DNA of 63,850 nt, the filler included, from Dicyema japonicum (taxonomy: Eukaryota > Animalia > Dicyemida), in NCBI GenBank assembly GCA_011109175.1. It is 6 parts of 6 records of this genome, joined end to end, with 100 filler letters (N's around TTAATTAATTAA, not from the genome) between each part and the next. Parts side by side here need not be neighbours in the genome. Positions count along the whole stretch, not along the records: positions 1 to 18,077 come from RDEW01000070.1; 5 more parts are not named here. One strand, written 5' to 3'. Shown here in pieces: positions 1 through 11,080 of this stretch; position 1 is the first letter of the stretch, and every line of letters starts with the position of its first letter. The position numbers were made by a program, and so were the translations under genes. The notes under the pieces are model-generated. The model was not told the DNA's origin. It made no database searches and saw nothing but the letters and a program-made list of their open reading frames with translations.

Positions 1-694
1 CTAAAGATAGATAACATGATTTATTCGCAAACCCCAACTAACGTAAACAAGGTAAGACCATTAACTAAAGAGGAAAGCCAAGATTTGGGGTCGTCTATAT
101 CGGGCACTCTCATGAGACACGTATGTCTCTTCTTCCGTAAAAAGCCCCAATTACAATGCGAGTTTCTACAAGCAATGTAATAATCACGATTCTTCTCGGT
201 TTTCTTTCGTATTCGTCATCAATTTCAGATGCTAAATCCAATCCATGTGCTTCAATTTAGTTTCGTTTATAATTAGAACTTCCATCTGGATCGTGCTGGG
301 CTATAGCAACCAGCACTGAGGCCCTTTCCGAAAGAAGACGGGCATTAATCAGGGTTATCCTGACTACTTCTGGTTTTTTTCGGCTGCTGCCCTCTCTTCT
401 TAGAGGCACCACTCTCTTCTCTGTGTTTGAAGCTTCTACTGTTTCTTTTTTAGAAGGTTTTTATATATGTCGTATTCCAGCCAGTCTGCCCATACATTCT
501 AACTCTGACTTTAATTTCTTATTCGTTCCAGTTGGAAACTTCACTTTCTCCCATTATGGGCATTTTCTCTTTTTAGAAATAATTTTTCCATTCGATTCTT
601 TCTTTTTTGGTCAATTTTTGTTTTTCTTTACAATGTTAGCTTCAACAGCCTTGGGCATCTTTTCCATCTGGATCGTGCTGGCTATAGCAACCAG
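1..694 (-). mobile_element. I/Jockey-group LINE remnant covering the ORF1 end and ORF2 start (same family as 41869-44927)
   Basis: 310-410 is near-identical to 44690-44790. The minus strand encodes VRITLINAR...MEVLIINETK (APE N-terminus) with a frameshift. 662-694 repeats 281-313. Confidence 0.8.
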
Positions 695-699
695 AAAAA

Positions 700-1850
700 G
701 GAAGTGGACGAATTGAGAAAAATCACCTCCGCATTTAACAAGCATTATGTGAAAGATTCTCTCAAAGATCAAAAACCCTGAGAAGAGAAACAGTCTGAAT
801 TCAGCAAAATGAAGTTCTACCTTACAACTTTATTATGGGGACTTAGTCAAAGCCTAGGCACTCCAAAAACTCTATTTTGCTAGATTGACATCCACAAGGC
901 TTTTGACTCGACACCCAAAAAAATCTTAACAAGGAAGATCTACTGCTGCTCAGAATACCCCGGTATTTTCATAGATGGCTCAGGAAATTTCTCATTGATA
1001 GAAGAGGGAAAGTCGTAACAAAATTCTGCCAATCGGTCTCAAAATATCTCGCAAACAAGGTGATACAGTGTTCACCTATGCGTCGCTTTTTAACTTATTC
1101 TTGCACGATATTCCAATCGGTTCGGGCGAAAATTCTATAACCCTAGTGTATGTCGATGACATCAGCAACTTCTCTGAAAAGACTTCATGAATGATTGAAC
1201 ACATAGCCAATGCTCACGTACACAGTGAAAGTCTTCGGCTTCTCTTTTTACGTCGAATAGAAGGCTATCACGTTATTCCGCTGAACTATTTTTGAATGGT
1301 GAACTAATTACACACAAGAAACACACTTTGATTCTAAAAGTAACATTAGACAACATCATAACATCAGCTCACACATGTAAAACATCATGACTATCATTAG
1401 TGCTTCGAAACGTAGGCTTTACTTCGTCAAGAAACTTGCTTCAAAATTTAGAGGATCCTTAAACCAGTCACTATCCTCGTTGTAGAACCAATTCATCAAT
1501 ACAACTATAAAGTTATGGATGTCCCGCTTGGAAAACAAAACTTGCCAGAACAAATATGGAAAAGATCAACTTTGCTCAATCCGGTATCAACAAAACAATC
1601 TCTCGAATCATAGGACTACCAATAAGGGAGGCCCTATTTGAGGTCCTTGTGAGGAAGTCGAGCGCCATATTCACCCAAAATGGAAAACCACCAGAAGAAC
1701 AGTGTTATCGAAAATGTGTCGGTTCCTGAGAGCAACACCAGGAAAAGATGAAAAAATTGCTCAGAGAACCTAGGATCACCTCATGGTCAATTCCTTTTAA
1801 TTAGTGTTTACCTGGAGATTTTTGGCTTATTAATAATAATAATAAAATAT
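700..1850 (+). mobile_element. Decayed LINE RT and 3' end, related to 15676-18077
   Basis: VDIHKAFDSTPKKILTRKIY near 885-945 resembles VDITKAFDSVPRKLLTKKIY at about 17300. A YVDD motif lies near 1150 and a (TAA)n tail near 1830-1845. Confidence 0.7.
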
Positions 1851-1902
1851 TAATTTGATAAATTTTTTTCAATAACTAAAATTAATTAAATTTAAATTTG
1901 AT

Positions 1903-3238
1903 TCAAAAATTGTCTCCAATCAGAATGAAAGAAATTCTCGCCTTGTAATTCATCAAATTCAAAATGGAATACCACGTGTCTAAAATAACATCAGTTCAAA
2001 CTTGCTGGAACAATAAAGTAATCGCCTCCCTTCAAAGTTCTATAGGGAGAATTGTTTAACGAGACTCCCACACGGCCACTCCGAACTGTAAGAATCTAAA
2101 TATATATCAGAGTATAGCTAACCATCACTGAGTCACGGACAAAGTAAATGACTTTTCAAGCTTCGGTTTTATGATAAATTCTCCGCATTTCAAATTTCCC
2201 ATCGAAGCCGATTCAGGGTTTAATTGGTCAAATCTCGTCTCGCAAAAATAATTTCCGTGGTCATATATGGTTGCATTCGCAAGTCCAATACATTCTGAAA
2301 TATTTTTGAGTTCTTACCCTTTTTTGAATTTGGCTCACGACATACAGTAAAATCTGACCGCAGTTGTCTCCGATTTGACTTCTTGTTCCTTCTTGGGCCA
2401 TCTTCAATTTTTATTAGCAAAACTACCAGTAACAAAGCTTCTAACGATTCCCTTGATTTTTTGATCTTTGAATGAATATAAATTTAAAACCTTTATCATA
2501 GACAATCCTCTCTCCAACACAGTTGTCTCTCCCAGAGATACGAGTTCTTGACGACCTTCTCACTCCCAGAGGTGATGGATTCGGAACAACTTAAATAAAA
2601 TTCAAATGTAAACTAATTATTCCTTGAATGTTTGGATGACTGTAAACCTTCGCATTTGCTATTTTGTCATCAGTACACCTGATAAGAACTTAGAGTAAAT
2701 ACTATCTTTACATTTTTCTTCCTCATCCTTGCGAATATCGGATTCGTCCGAATATTGGCTTTTTTGAGATCTCATGACGGGGAAAAAAGGTGTACTCACC
2801 CTCTCATCAAAGTCTTCAACCATGGAAGACTTGAGTATCCCATTGGTCAAATGGTCGGATAAACTCAAATCTGTGATATTTAATTTTTATAAAACCTGAG
2901 GTGTTCCCTTTCAGAGAAGAAAAAGCTCCACACGATGAAAGAGACCCAAACGGGATGTCGCATATGTCCTCGAATGGCTGATGGATTGCCTTGTTGATAA
3001 ATTCTTGGCCGAGTTGAAAGCTATTTTGTAAGATTTTTGAGTTCTCTTCGTGCACTAAAACTAAGATTGAGAGTTTTACATTCTTTTCGGATCGTAAAAT
3101 CTGGAATGTTCTAAAAGTAATCAAAACAGTTACATTCATTATCACATTATTCAAGTTTTGATACTGGTCGTATATATTTTGCCAAATAAGGTTGAAGCAG
3201 TTGGATATGAAGTCGTGCATAGTCTTTGGTTCTTCCAT
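1903..3238 (-). pseudogene. CENPC: CENP-C/Mif2-like centromere protein with about 9 tiny introns, apparent frameshifts and a degenerate CENP-C motif
   Basis: Manual splicing (22-27 nt GT-AG introns) gives VRRSSRTRISGRDNCVGERIVY, with the spacing of the CENP-C motif. It also gives a C-terminal cupin: CGEFIIKPKLEK...ILTVRSGRVGVSLNN...GDYFIVPANTWYSILNLMNYKARISF. One-base frame breaks occur near 2130 and near 2690-2780; these could be homopolymer sequencing errors. Confidence 0.75.
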
Positions 3239-3454
3239 TCCAGAAATTNGCCAATTTCGGGTACCGGCAAAATCTGACGGATTCGAGAATTTGGTCGAGA
3301 AACTTATTGATTTTTTATCAATTAATAATGTAGATCAAAAAAATTATTTATAAGCATTAAGTTTTGATTTGTTTCTTTTTAGAGTTCGGATCATTGAAGA
3401 TCCAAGCTTTTCAATAGACTCAAGATTTTCGACATTAAAGAATTCTTTTTTTTT

Positions 3455-6400
3455 AAATGTGAAAAATTTATTCTTGTTGTGAATAATTGTATCATCATGG
3501 AGCGTCGTTCATACAATGGATCAACACACATTACACCCGAGAGACTGGACACTACATGCTCTACATGCAGTTTTGCCAATGCACGCAAATATGGACTTTT
3601 CTGCTCGTCTTGCCGTGACTTTTTCCACCTTGGATGCATAAAGATGTCTCAGCGGGCTGCGTGCTCGCTCTGCCTTTGGAACTGCAGTGTCTGCATGGGA
3701 ACTGGTCGGAAAAACCCAGAGGATCATTCCAAACGAGCACGTTGAACCAAACGAGCCTCTAGACTTCAATAATATGGACAACCTCTTGCTCTTCTTGTCG
3801 GATCTAAGGAAAGCCATGAAGATCCCAATCAGGATCCCAAGACCCGTCCGGATCATCGCGGCTACATGTCTGGCCTCTGCAATTGACAATGCTCTCACTT
3901 CCGACGACCTGGAGGCCTGGCTAAAACTCCTCAGTTTTGCTCCGATGGCCCTTGGAATTCCATTTATCGACTCAAAGGGAGATCAACGGAATTCAGAGGA
4001 AAGCACGACACTTGGAAACTCCCTTTCCTCAAAAATGAAGAAGAACATCCGGTTTTCTATGTGCATTCTCTCACCAAGACGGAAGTCAAGAAATCAAGAC
4101 ATTCTGATTCCAATCCTCTGTTTATTTGAATGGCCCGGAAAAACTTAAAGAGAGAGTGAACCGCAAACTATTCGAAGGCGACGTCCGAGCGGCGTTGCGC
4201 GTCGTCGCCAGCGACGAAACTGTTATGGCTGCGACACCTGAGGTGCTAGAACTACTCAGACATAAACATCCATGTGCTCCGGAAGATTACCGCCCATTCG
4301 TGCTTCCGGGAAATTTGTCAAGGATGACCGTCACCGAAGGCGAAGTGCGACGCGGCATTTCGTCCTTTGCGGCGAGTAGCAGTGGAGGCATCGATGGCTT
4401 GCGGCCGGGTCACATCAAAGATCTTACGGCGGAGGCTACTGCAGAAGCTGGCTGCAACCTTGTCAAATCAATTACAAAACTGGTTATGCGTATTTTGAAC
4501 GGAGATATTCCTCCCCACGCAAGGGAGCTCCTTTTCAGTGCACATTTATTGGCCTTCAAAAAACCTGAAGGTGGGGTCCGCCCCATCGCAGTCGGCAACT
4601 ATTTCAGAAGATTGACAGCGAAAATTGCATGCAGCATTGTCTCTCCGAGAATATCTGAAGAATTTTCCCCCTCCAACTGGGGGTTGGTGTAAGGAACGGA
4701 TGCGAGGCGGCAGTGCATGCTGCGAGGTGTTTTTTTGGACAGAATGACGAACAAAACCCACACATTGGGGTCAAGCTGGACATCTGCAATGCCTTCAATT
4801 CATTGAGGAGGGATCAAATTTTCGAAACTACAAGCAAACGAGCCCCGGAACTTATTCCACTTGTCTTCCTCGCTTACGGAACAATTCTTCACTGGTTTTC
4901 GGGGACAAGATTATCTGTTCGGAGACCGGAGTTCAACAAGGAGACCCACTTGGTCCACTACTCTTCGCTCTGGCCATCGATGAAATTGTCCGCTCTATAA
5001 ACACACAACTTAACCTTTGGTATCTTGATGACGCCACAATTGGAGGGCCGTGGAGAAAAGTACACGACGTTCTGTCACATGCCGTGCCAGCACTACGAAA
5101 CCTCGGACTTGAGATAAACATAAAGAAATCGGAGCTAATAAATATCACATACTCGGAGAGTGATTTCATCAACGTGGTCGAGTCTTTCAACTCGGTATTA
5201 CCTGGAATTACTGTCGTACCCAGGGAGCGGACATACTTTCTTGGGTGCCCACTTGACGAAAAGGAACTGCGGAGCCATCTACAAACAAAAGAGGATGAAC
5301 TCTCCAGAGTCACGGAGAAACTTTCCTTACTCGATGGTCATACAGCGTTTTCCTTTTGAAGAATAGCATCGGCTTGCCCAAACTCCTATATGCTCTCCGA
5401 TGTTCTCCCTGCTTCAAACATCGTGACATCCTCCTGTCACTGGATAGGACATTGAGAAAATCAGCTGAATTACTTCTAAACATCCAGTTTGATGCGCCGA
5501 GTTGGAACCAATGCAAGCTTCCTACACGCCTCGGAGGAACGGGTCTCAGGTCGGCGCTGGAGATCGCCTATCCAGCATATGTGTCATCGCTCTCAAGTGG
5601 AAGCCTTTTGGTCCAAGAAATCCTACGTATTACAACCGGACTCTCTTGGGAAAAAGTCTTCGACGAAGCTCGTTGCGAATGGTGTGAAACTGGTTTGGAT
5701 ATGCCGAACGATCCTTCGAGGCAACGTGACTGGGATGATATTTACTCCAAGAATATCTTCGACGTGCTAAAGTCTGAGGCCAACCAGCATCGTCTTGCAT
5801 GCCTCGTGTCCGCCGCCAACCATGGGAGCGGAGCGTGGCTGGATGCACTCCCGTCTTCCTCCCTGGGGACCCTATTGGACGATGACTGTATTCGGATTGG
5901 AATCGCACAACGCCTGGGAGCTGATGTTTGCGTCGAACACCAATGTCGCTGTGGAGGGATCGTCGATGCCAAAGGGCTGCACCCGCTCTCGTGCAAAAGG
6001 AGTGCGGGCAGAGCACCCCGCCATGCTGCTATGAACAACATTGTCTTGCGAGCTCTTGAAGCGGCAGGCTTCCCGGCAGTACTGGAACCTGTGGGATTGG
6101 ACCGCGGAGATGGGAAAAGACCGGATGGGTTAACTATCTTTCCGTTCACTGAGGGAAAATCGCTCGTAGGGGACTGCACTGTTGTGGATTCTTTCTCGAA
6201 CTCGATGATGCTCAGCTCTGCACAGTCTGCTGGATCTGGCCGAGAAAATTAAGATTAAAAAATATGGCGAAATTGAAGACCGCTACCATTTTGTACCGAT
6301 AGCAATCGAGACGTCTGGTGCGGCTGGAAGTATTACAGCCTCTTTCCTAAAGGAAATCGGGGGACAATTGGCCCCCCGCAAGAAAGACGTTCGGGAAGCG

Positions 6401-6516
6401 GTCTGGCTGAGGCAAAGAATTGGTATCGCAGTTGTTCGCGGAAACGCTCACTTCGTGATGTCTTCAGCCGCTCTCCCCATAGTTAATAAATAATATTTTA
6501 TTGTTAATAAATTTTT
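3455..6516 (+). mobile_element. Near full-length CRE-clade non-LTR retrotransposon (PHD finger, RT, restriction-like endonuclease) broken by frameshifts
   Basis: RT motifs GVRPIAVGNYFRRLTAK, KLDICNAFNSL, QGDPLGPLLF and WYLDD. The RLE region reads CRCG...HPLSC...RH...KRPDGLTIFPF. An N-terminal C4HC3 pattern lies at 3550-3700. Confidence 0.92.
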
Positions 6517-6533
6517 GTTCTTAAAAAAAAAAA

Positions 6534-6850
6534 AAAATTTATTAACAATAAAATATTATTTATTAACATAAGGGAGTTAGCGTTTCCGCTGACAACTGCA
6601 ATATCAATTCGTTGCCTCAGCCAGACCGCTTTCTGCACGTCTTTCTTGCGGTGGGCTAATTTCCCCCCGATTTCCTTTAAGAAAGAGGCTGTAGTACTTC
6701 CAGCCGCACCAGACTTCTCGATTGCTACCGGTAAAAAACGGTAGCGGTCTCCAATTTCGCCATATTTTTTAATCTTGATTTTCTCAGCCAAATCGGCTGT
6801 CAATCCAGCAGACTGCGCCGAGTTAAGTATCATCGAGTTCGAAGAAGAAT
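6534..6850 (-). mobile_element. 5'-truncated CRE copy, tail-to-tail with the previous element
   Basis: The ORF KIKKYGEIGDRYRFLPVAIEKSGAAG...LRQRIDIAVVSGNA closely resembles the reverse complement of 6240-6516. Confidence 0.9.
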
Positions 6851-7261
6851 CCAGAATTATTATTGCTTATAGAACTATCTATCTTGATCCGAGCATAATA
6901 TGTAAATAATGTTGCATCCTTTAGGTTTAATTTTTGTATGCAAAATAGGATTTATCCCATCTTGATTTTTCTGAATAATATTAGAAAATTTAAGAGAACT
7001 GAAATTGCATTTGTACGATGAAATGCATTAAAAAATAATAAAAGATGAATAATTTTTACATGATCTTAATTTTAAATTAATAAAAAAAAACTTTTTTCCC
7101 AATATCTCTCTAGGAAGCGTTTGCAGCTCTGGGAAATACCCAATGAACCTCATTCCAAAATCGGCCAGATTATTCTCGTAGTTTTTTTAGTTTGGACTCA
7201 ATGTTAAAACTCTGTCAGAAGCACTTAGAATTGTTTTTATATATAGTAAAAAAATAATTTG

Positions 7262-7475
7262 TCAACAAAATTATTATTATAGTTATATTTAAAGTAAGCT
7301 CTTATCAATTATAAATGTAACAAATTCTAAATTTTTATAAAATTCTTACAATTAGCATTAGTTTAATCAAATTATATATCTTAATTTGATAAATTAAATC
7401 AAAAAAATTTTTTGATTTTTTTCTAAGTCCACTAGTGCAACGCGTAGCGCTAAGTAATGCGTAGCGCCTGTGACA
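7262..7475. repeat. About 210 bp repeat ending in a Ginger-like terminus (...gcgcctgtgACA); second copy at 8178-8394
   Basis: The two copies are near-identical direct repeats. The terminus resembles 12655-12696 (cgtagcgct...gcgACA). Confidence 0.7.
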
Positions 7476-7799
7476 CATTATATTTTTTGGGAAAAATTTG
7501 AAATTTTTATCGAAGGTAATTCAATATTCGATTCAATAAACTTACAATTGCACTTTTTTATTTGTTTTTAATCGTGTAAAGTTACGTTTCATAAAAAAAC
7601 AATAAACAATGACAACGTGTTAATAAGTTAATTATTTAACTATAAAATTATTTAAAATTAAAAGACATTGTGGATTCATGGTGGATTCATGGCGGATTCA
7701 TTAAAAAAAATCTGGCGGATTCGAGAAATCATGTCAGGAAAAATGTCGGATTCGTTAATTTATTAGTTATAATTGGCGGATTCGAGAGACTTTACTGTA

Positions 7800-8177
7800 C
7801 ATTCCTATGGGGAGACACCTGCGTCATCAAAACGTTTCAACACAACGACGAAACATCTGATCAGAACGAAATAATCTAAAGATGGTAAAATCGCCACCAG
7901 AAGAGAACATCAGAAAAATACGAGAATTGAATAGAGAGATCGACAATAACATAAAGGCAGAAAATGCAAATAGATGAACGAGACTATCAAAGGCTCTCTG
8001 CAAAATTCCTCCAATGCAGAGAGTGTGGAAGTAGATCAAAAACATCAAAAGATCCTCCCAGAGAAAAAAGTCGAAGTCTACATAAAACCAGACACTCTGA
8101 TAAAATATTACGTCTATCTCCTACAAGAAGTTTTCAAAAGAACACCAAGTATTCCTGAAAACGATTGAACCGAAATG
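7800..8177 (+). mobile_element. Internal LINE fragment of the 15676-18077 family
   Basis: High nucleotide identity to about 16465-16845. Confidence 0.9.
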
Positions 8178-8394
8178 CAACAAAAATATTATTATAGTTA
8201 TATTAAAAGTAAGCTCTTATCAATTATAAATGTAACAAATTCTAAATTTTTATAAAAAATTCTTACAATTAGCATTAGTTTAATCAAATTATATATCTTA
8301 ATTTGATAAATTAAATCAAAAAAATTTTTTTGATTTTTTTCTAAGTCCACTAGTGTAACGCGTAGCGCTAGGTAATACGTAAGCGCCTGTGACA
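8178..8394. repeat. Second copy of the 210 bp Ginger-terminus repeat
   Basis: Direct repeat of 7262-7475. Confidence 0.75.
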
Positions 8395-8429
8395 CATTAC
8401 ATTTATATCCGCCTGTGACACGCCTGTGC

Positions 8430-8477
8430 CACTAAAGCCCGACACCTAACCACTAAGCCACCCGGCTAAAAGGCAAT
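8430..8477 (-). mobile_element. tRNA-derived SINE, 5' head only
   Basis: ccgggtggcttagtggttaggtgtcgggct matches the SINE head at 25061. It shares a 5' extension (attgccttttag) with 13045-13110. Confidence 0.75.
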
Positions 8478-8705
8478 GGAATCTTATTACGGAATGGACA
8501 GCATTCAATGGCCGTATATCTTTACCAATTTTTCTTACTTCAACGTGTGGAAAGAATTAGAAACACCGATATGCTCAGAATTAAGACCTGCAACCGATGA
8601 TGGTGAAAGAAATTTAGTGAAAGGAGAGTATAACGAGTGGGAGATAAGGAAACCTATGATAGTGCTAATAATAGTAATTAATAGTGAATAAACCAAAAAT
8701 ATCAA

Positions 8706-9907
8706 TTAAAGTGATTGTAGACATGTCTTTAAATAAGAGGAAAAAGCCTAAAATAAAATAAAAATAAAACAGTGGATTGTTCCACTTGGACACGTGCTAA
8801 TTGTTTAAGTTTATTAATAACAAAATGGTGTCTATTATTATTCCATATAAAAATTTCTAATGATAATTAAAGGCAAACCCTCTTTAACAGATTGGTCAAC
8901 ACTAGTAAATCTATTAAGAGCTCTTTTCTTGTCCTCCTCATACTAGAAATAACGTAAACATAAACAAATGAGAACTCCCTCCCCCTAAGTCTAGCATCCA
9001 CAAGGTTCTTGCATGCCTCATCATAGACAACATAAAAGTAATATCTCTGCATTATTAGCTGTTTTATTATTCTCAGGTCTTCTGTTGACTGAGTCATTGC
9101 CTCAACCAATAATTTGTCCATATTATCACACATGGTTCGTTCAAATGTCCTAATACGACTGAAATACGTACGACTATCCACAGGACACGTGAATGAGGCT
9201 CCAAAGAGTGCCAGAGTTAAGTCTAATATTATCATATTATACTTATATTAGCCCTCACTACTCCACAATGTTTCTTCTCAATATCACTCATAAGTTGGAG
9301 ATGAGGCCCAATATTCTCCTTTTTTTTCTGCATGCACTCATCATTGTCCCTTAGTTTGTTTAGAGACAGCTTTGAGTCCTTCAACTTCTTAAATAATGAA
9401 TCCAATGGTGATGTACTTTTCGTCTCTAACTGACAATCTATTTATATTCACACGTTTTGCTGAAATGTCAAAAATGCTGACAAATCAGTGTCATCTCCGA
9501 ATAATGAGGTCACTCGGTCTAAAAACAGTTGATATCTCCCAACAATTTTCTCAAACCTCTTCAAATATTCACTAAACTATTCACAATCTTTACGATTTTA
9601 TGTCATTCTCTATCTTTTCTCTATCATATTTCTCAGCATCATACACTACATATCCGTAGTCAAACGACACTCTCAAATCTTGATTCTGGGGAAGCCCAGG
9701 AATCTCACATCAAATCATAAATTACCCCCAATCCTACGTTCTTTTCCGCCAGTTCATCATGTAACCATATAAAGTCATCAAGAGTCCTCTTTACTTCAAA
9801 TTCTTCTCCCTCACTGTTCTGCAAGTTTTATTTATTGTCACCCGTGACTTGATTTTGAATTCAGTTAATATCTCATCCTGGAATACGTCCATTATTTTTG
9901 CCTTCAT
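8706..9907 (-). CDS. SNX5/SNX6: SNX5/6-type PX-BAR sorting nexin, 340 aa, 8 introns of 20-24 nt, intact
   Basis: Spliced ORF: MKAKIMDVFQ...EEFEVKRTLDDFIWLHDELAE...IPGLP...KSEYLKRFEKIVGRYQLFL...YDEACKNLVDAR...LKQLARVQVEQSTAFSSYLKTCLQSL*. Introns of 23, 22, 22, 24, 20, 23, 22 and 23 nt leave 1023 nt of open frame. The motifs match remembered SNX6 segments (EFIWLHD, AEYLAIFKKTV, YENANKALDKAR). Confidence 0.85.
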
Positions 9908-10019
9908 TCCCAACAACGATTATTATTATATTTAAATATTTAATCTTTATTATTTGGGTTTAATTAATTACCGTGGATTATACTGCTCTACCGTTATTAT
10001 TGATTTTTTAAATCTTTTA

Positions 10020-10280
10020 ACATTTTTTAACAAAGATACAAATGTTAGTTGAGGAACCCGGCTGCGTGGATTGCGAACGAGTTGCCTCGGAGTATGGCCA
10101 TTCCTATCTTTTGTCTCACCCTTCTCGTCGATCCCTTTTCTTTCTGGCAAGCATTCCTCGGAGTTCTCGCAAGAACTCAGCCTTCATTGGACCAACGGCT
10201 CCCGATGATTCGGTCTCAACAGGAGTAAATCGGTAGCGGTCCACGAGGCAAGAATATTTCTTGACATTTAGGTTCTCCGC
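10020..10280 (-). mobile_element. CRE 3' fragment (second subfamily)
   Basis: KYSCLVDRYRFTPVETESSGAVGP...RLWPYSEATRSQSTQ. Near-identical to 34770-34975 and 55900-56085. Confidence 0.85.
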
Positions 10281-10539
10281 TCCATGTGTCTGAACCGATT
10301 TGAAAATAATGAATTATTTAGATTTTCATTACCGTAGTCTTGGGTATTAAATAAATTACAAGCTTCCGTTTCAGAAGAGAAGTGGACAAGTAGATCCGCC
10401 CTCTTCCAATTTTTATGAAATGGGAAATAGAATTGGGGAAGCATAATAGAAAAATTTTGTTTGTTGTAGATAAATGTCTTGCACATAAGGGGAATTTTAT
10501 AACATTTACATTAGGTTTTGATTAAATTAAACCAAATTG

Positions 10540-10950
10540 AAATAATATTCCTACCAGCGAATACAACGTCGTTTTTGCATCTATTATCAAATCGTACAAA
10601 TGCAATTTCAGTTCTCTTAAATTTTCTAATATTATTCAAAAAATTGAAGCTGGGATAAATCCACATTCTACATACAAAAAATTAAGCCTAAAGGATGTAA
10701 TATTATTCATATATTATGCTCGGAACAAGATAGATAGTTCTAGCCTTAGTAAATTAAAAGAATTCGATAATCAAGAAGAATTCTTTAATGTCGAAAATCT
10801 TGAGTCTATTGAAGAGCTTGGATCTTCAATGATCCGAACTCTAAAAGAAACAAATCAGAACTTACTGATTTTTTGATATAAATAATTTTTTTGATTTACA
10901 TTATTAATTGATAAAAAATCAATAAGTCTCTCGAATCCGCCAGATTTGCT
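10540..10950 (+). mobile_element. pogo/Tigger transposase C-terminal remnant
   Basis: IFLPANTTSFL...IIKSYKC...SLKDVILFIYYARNKI (DDE_1 signature), plus the subterminal motif tctctcgaatccg near 10927. Confidence 0.75.
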
Positions 10951-11080
10951 GCGACAACTGCTCCTTAATAGTGTTTTTAATTGCTATAATCACAGTGTGT
11001 CTTTATGACCTGGTTTTAATTTCATCAATTTGTTTTTTTACTCAATGGTAACTAAGAATGACATAATATAGAACGTAATA

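Larger units (their letters stand above)
3255..7797 (-). mobile_element. pogo/Tigger-like DNA transposon interrupted by CRE insertions and a Ginger-like end
   Basis: The TIR cggattcgagagactttactg (7777-7797) is followed by TA. 3270-3450 and 6860-7040 match, in reverse, two adjacent parts of the Tigger remnant at 10550-10950. An HTH-psq-like start, MKRNFTRLKT, lies near 7590. Confidence 0.65.

Noticed and set aside
8867-9235. Stand-alone 122-aa secreted-looking ORF
   Set aside because: It is an internal exon block of the SNX5/6 gene, and its apparent start lies in a 20-nt intron.
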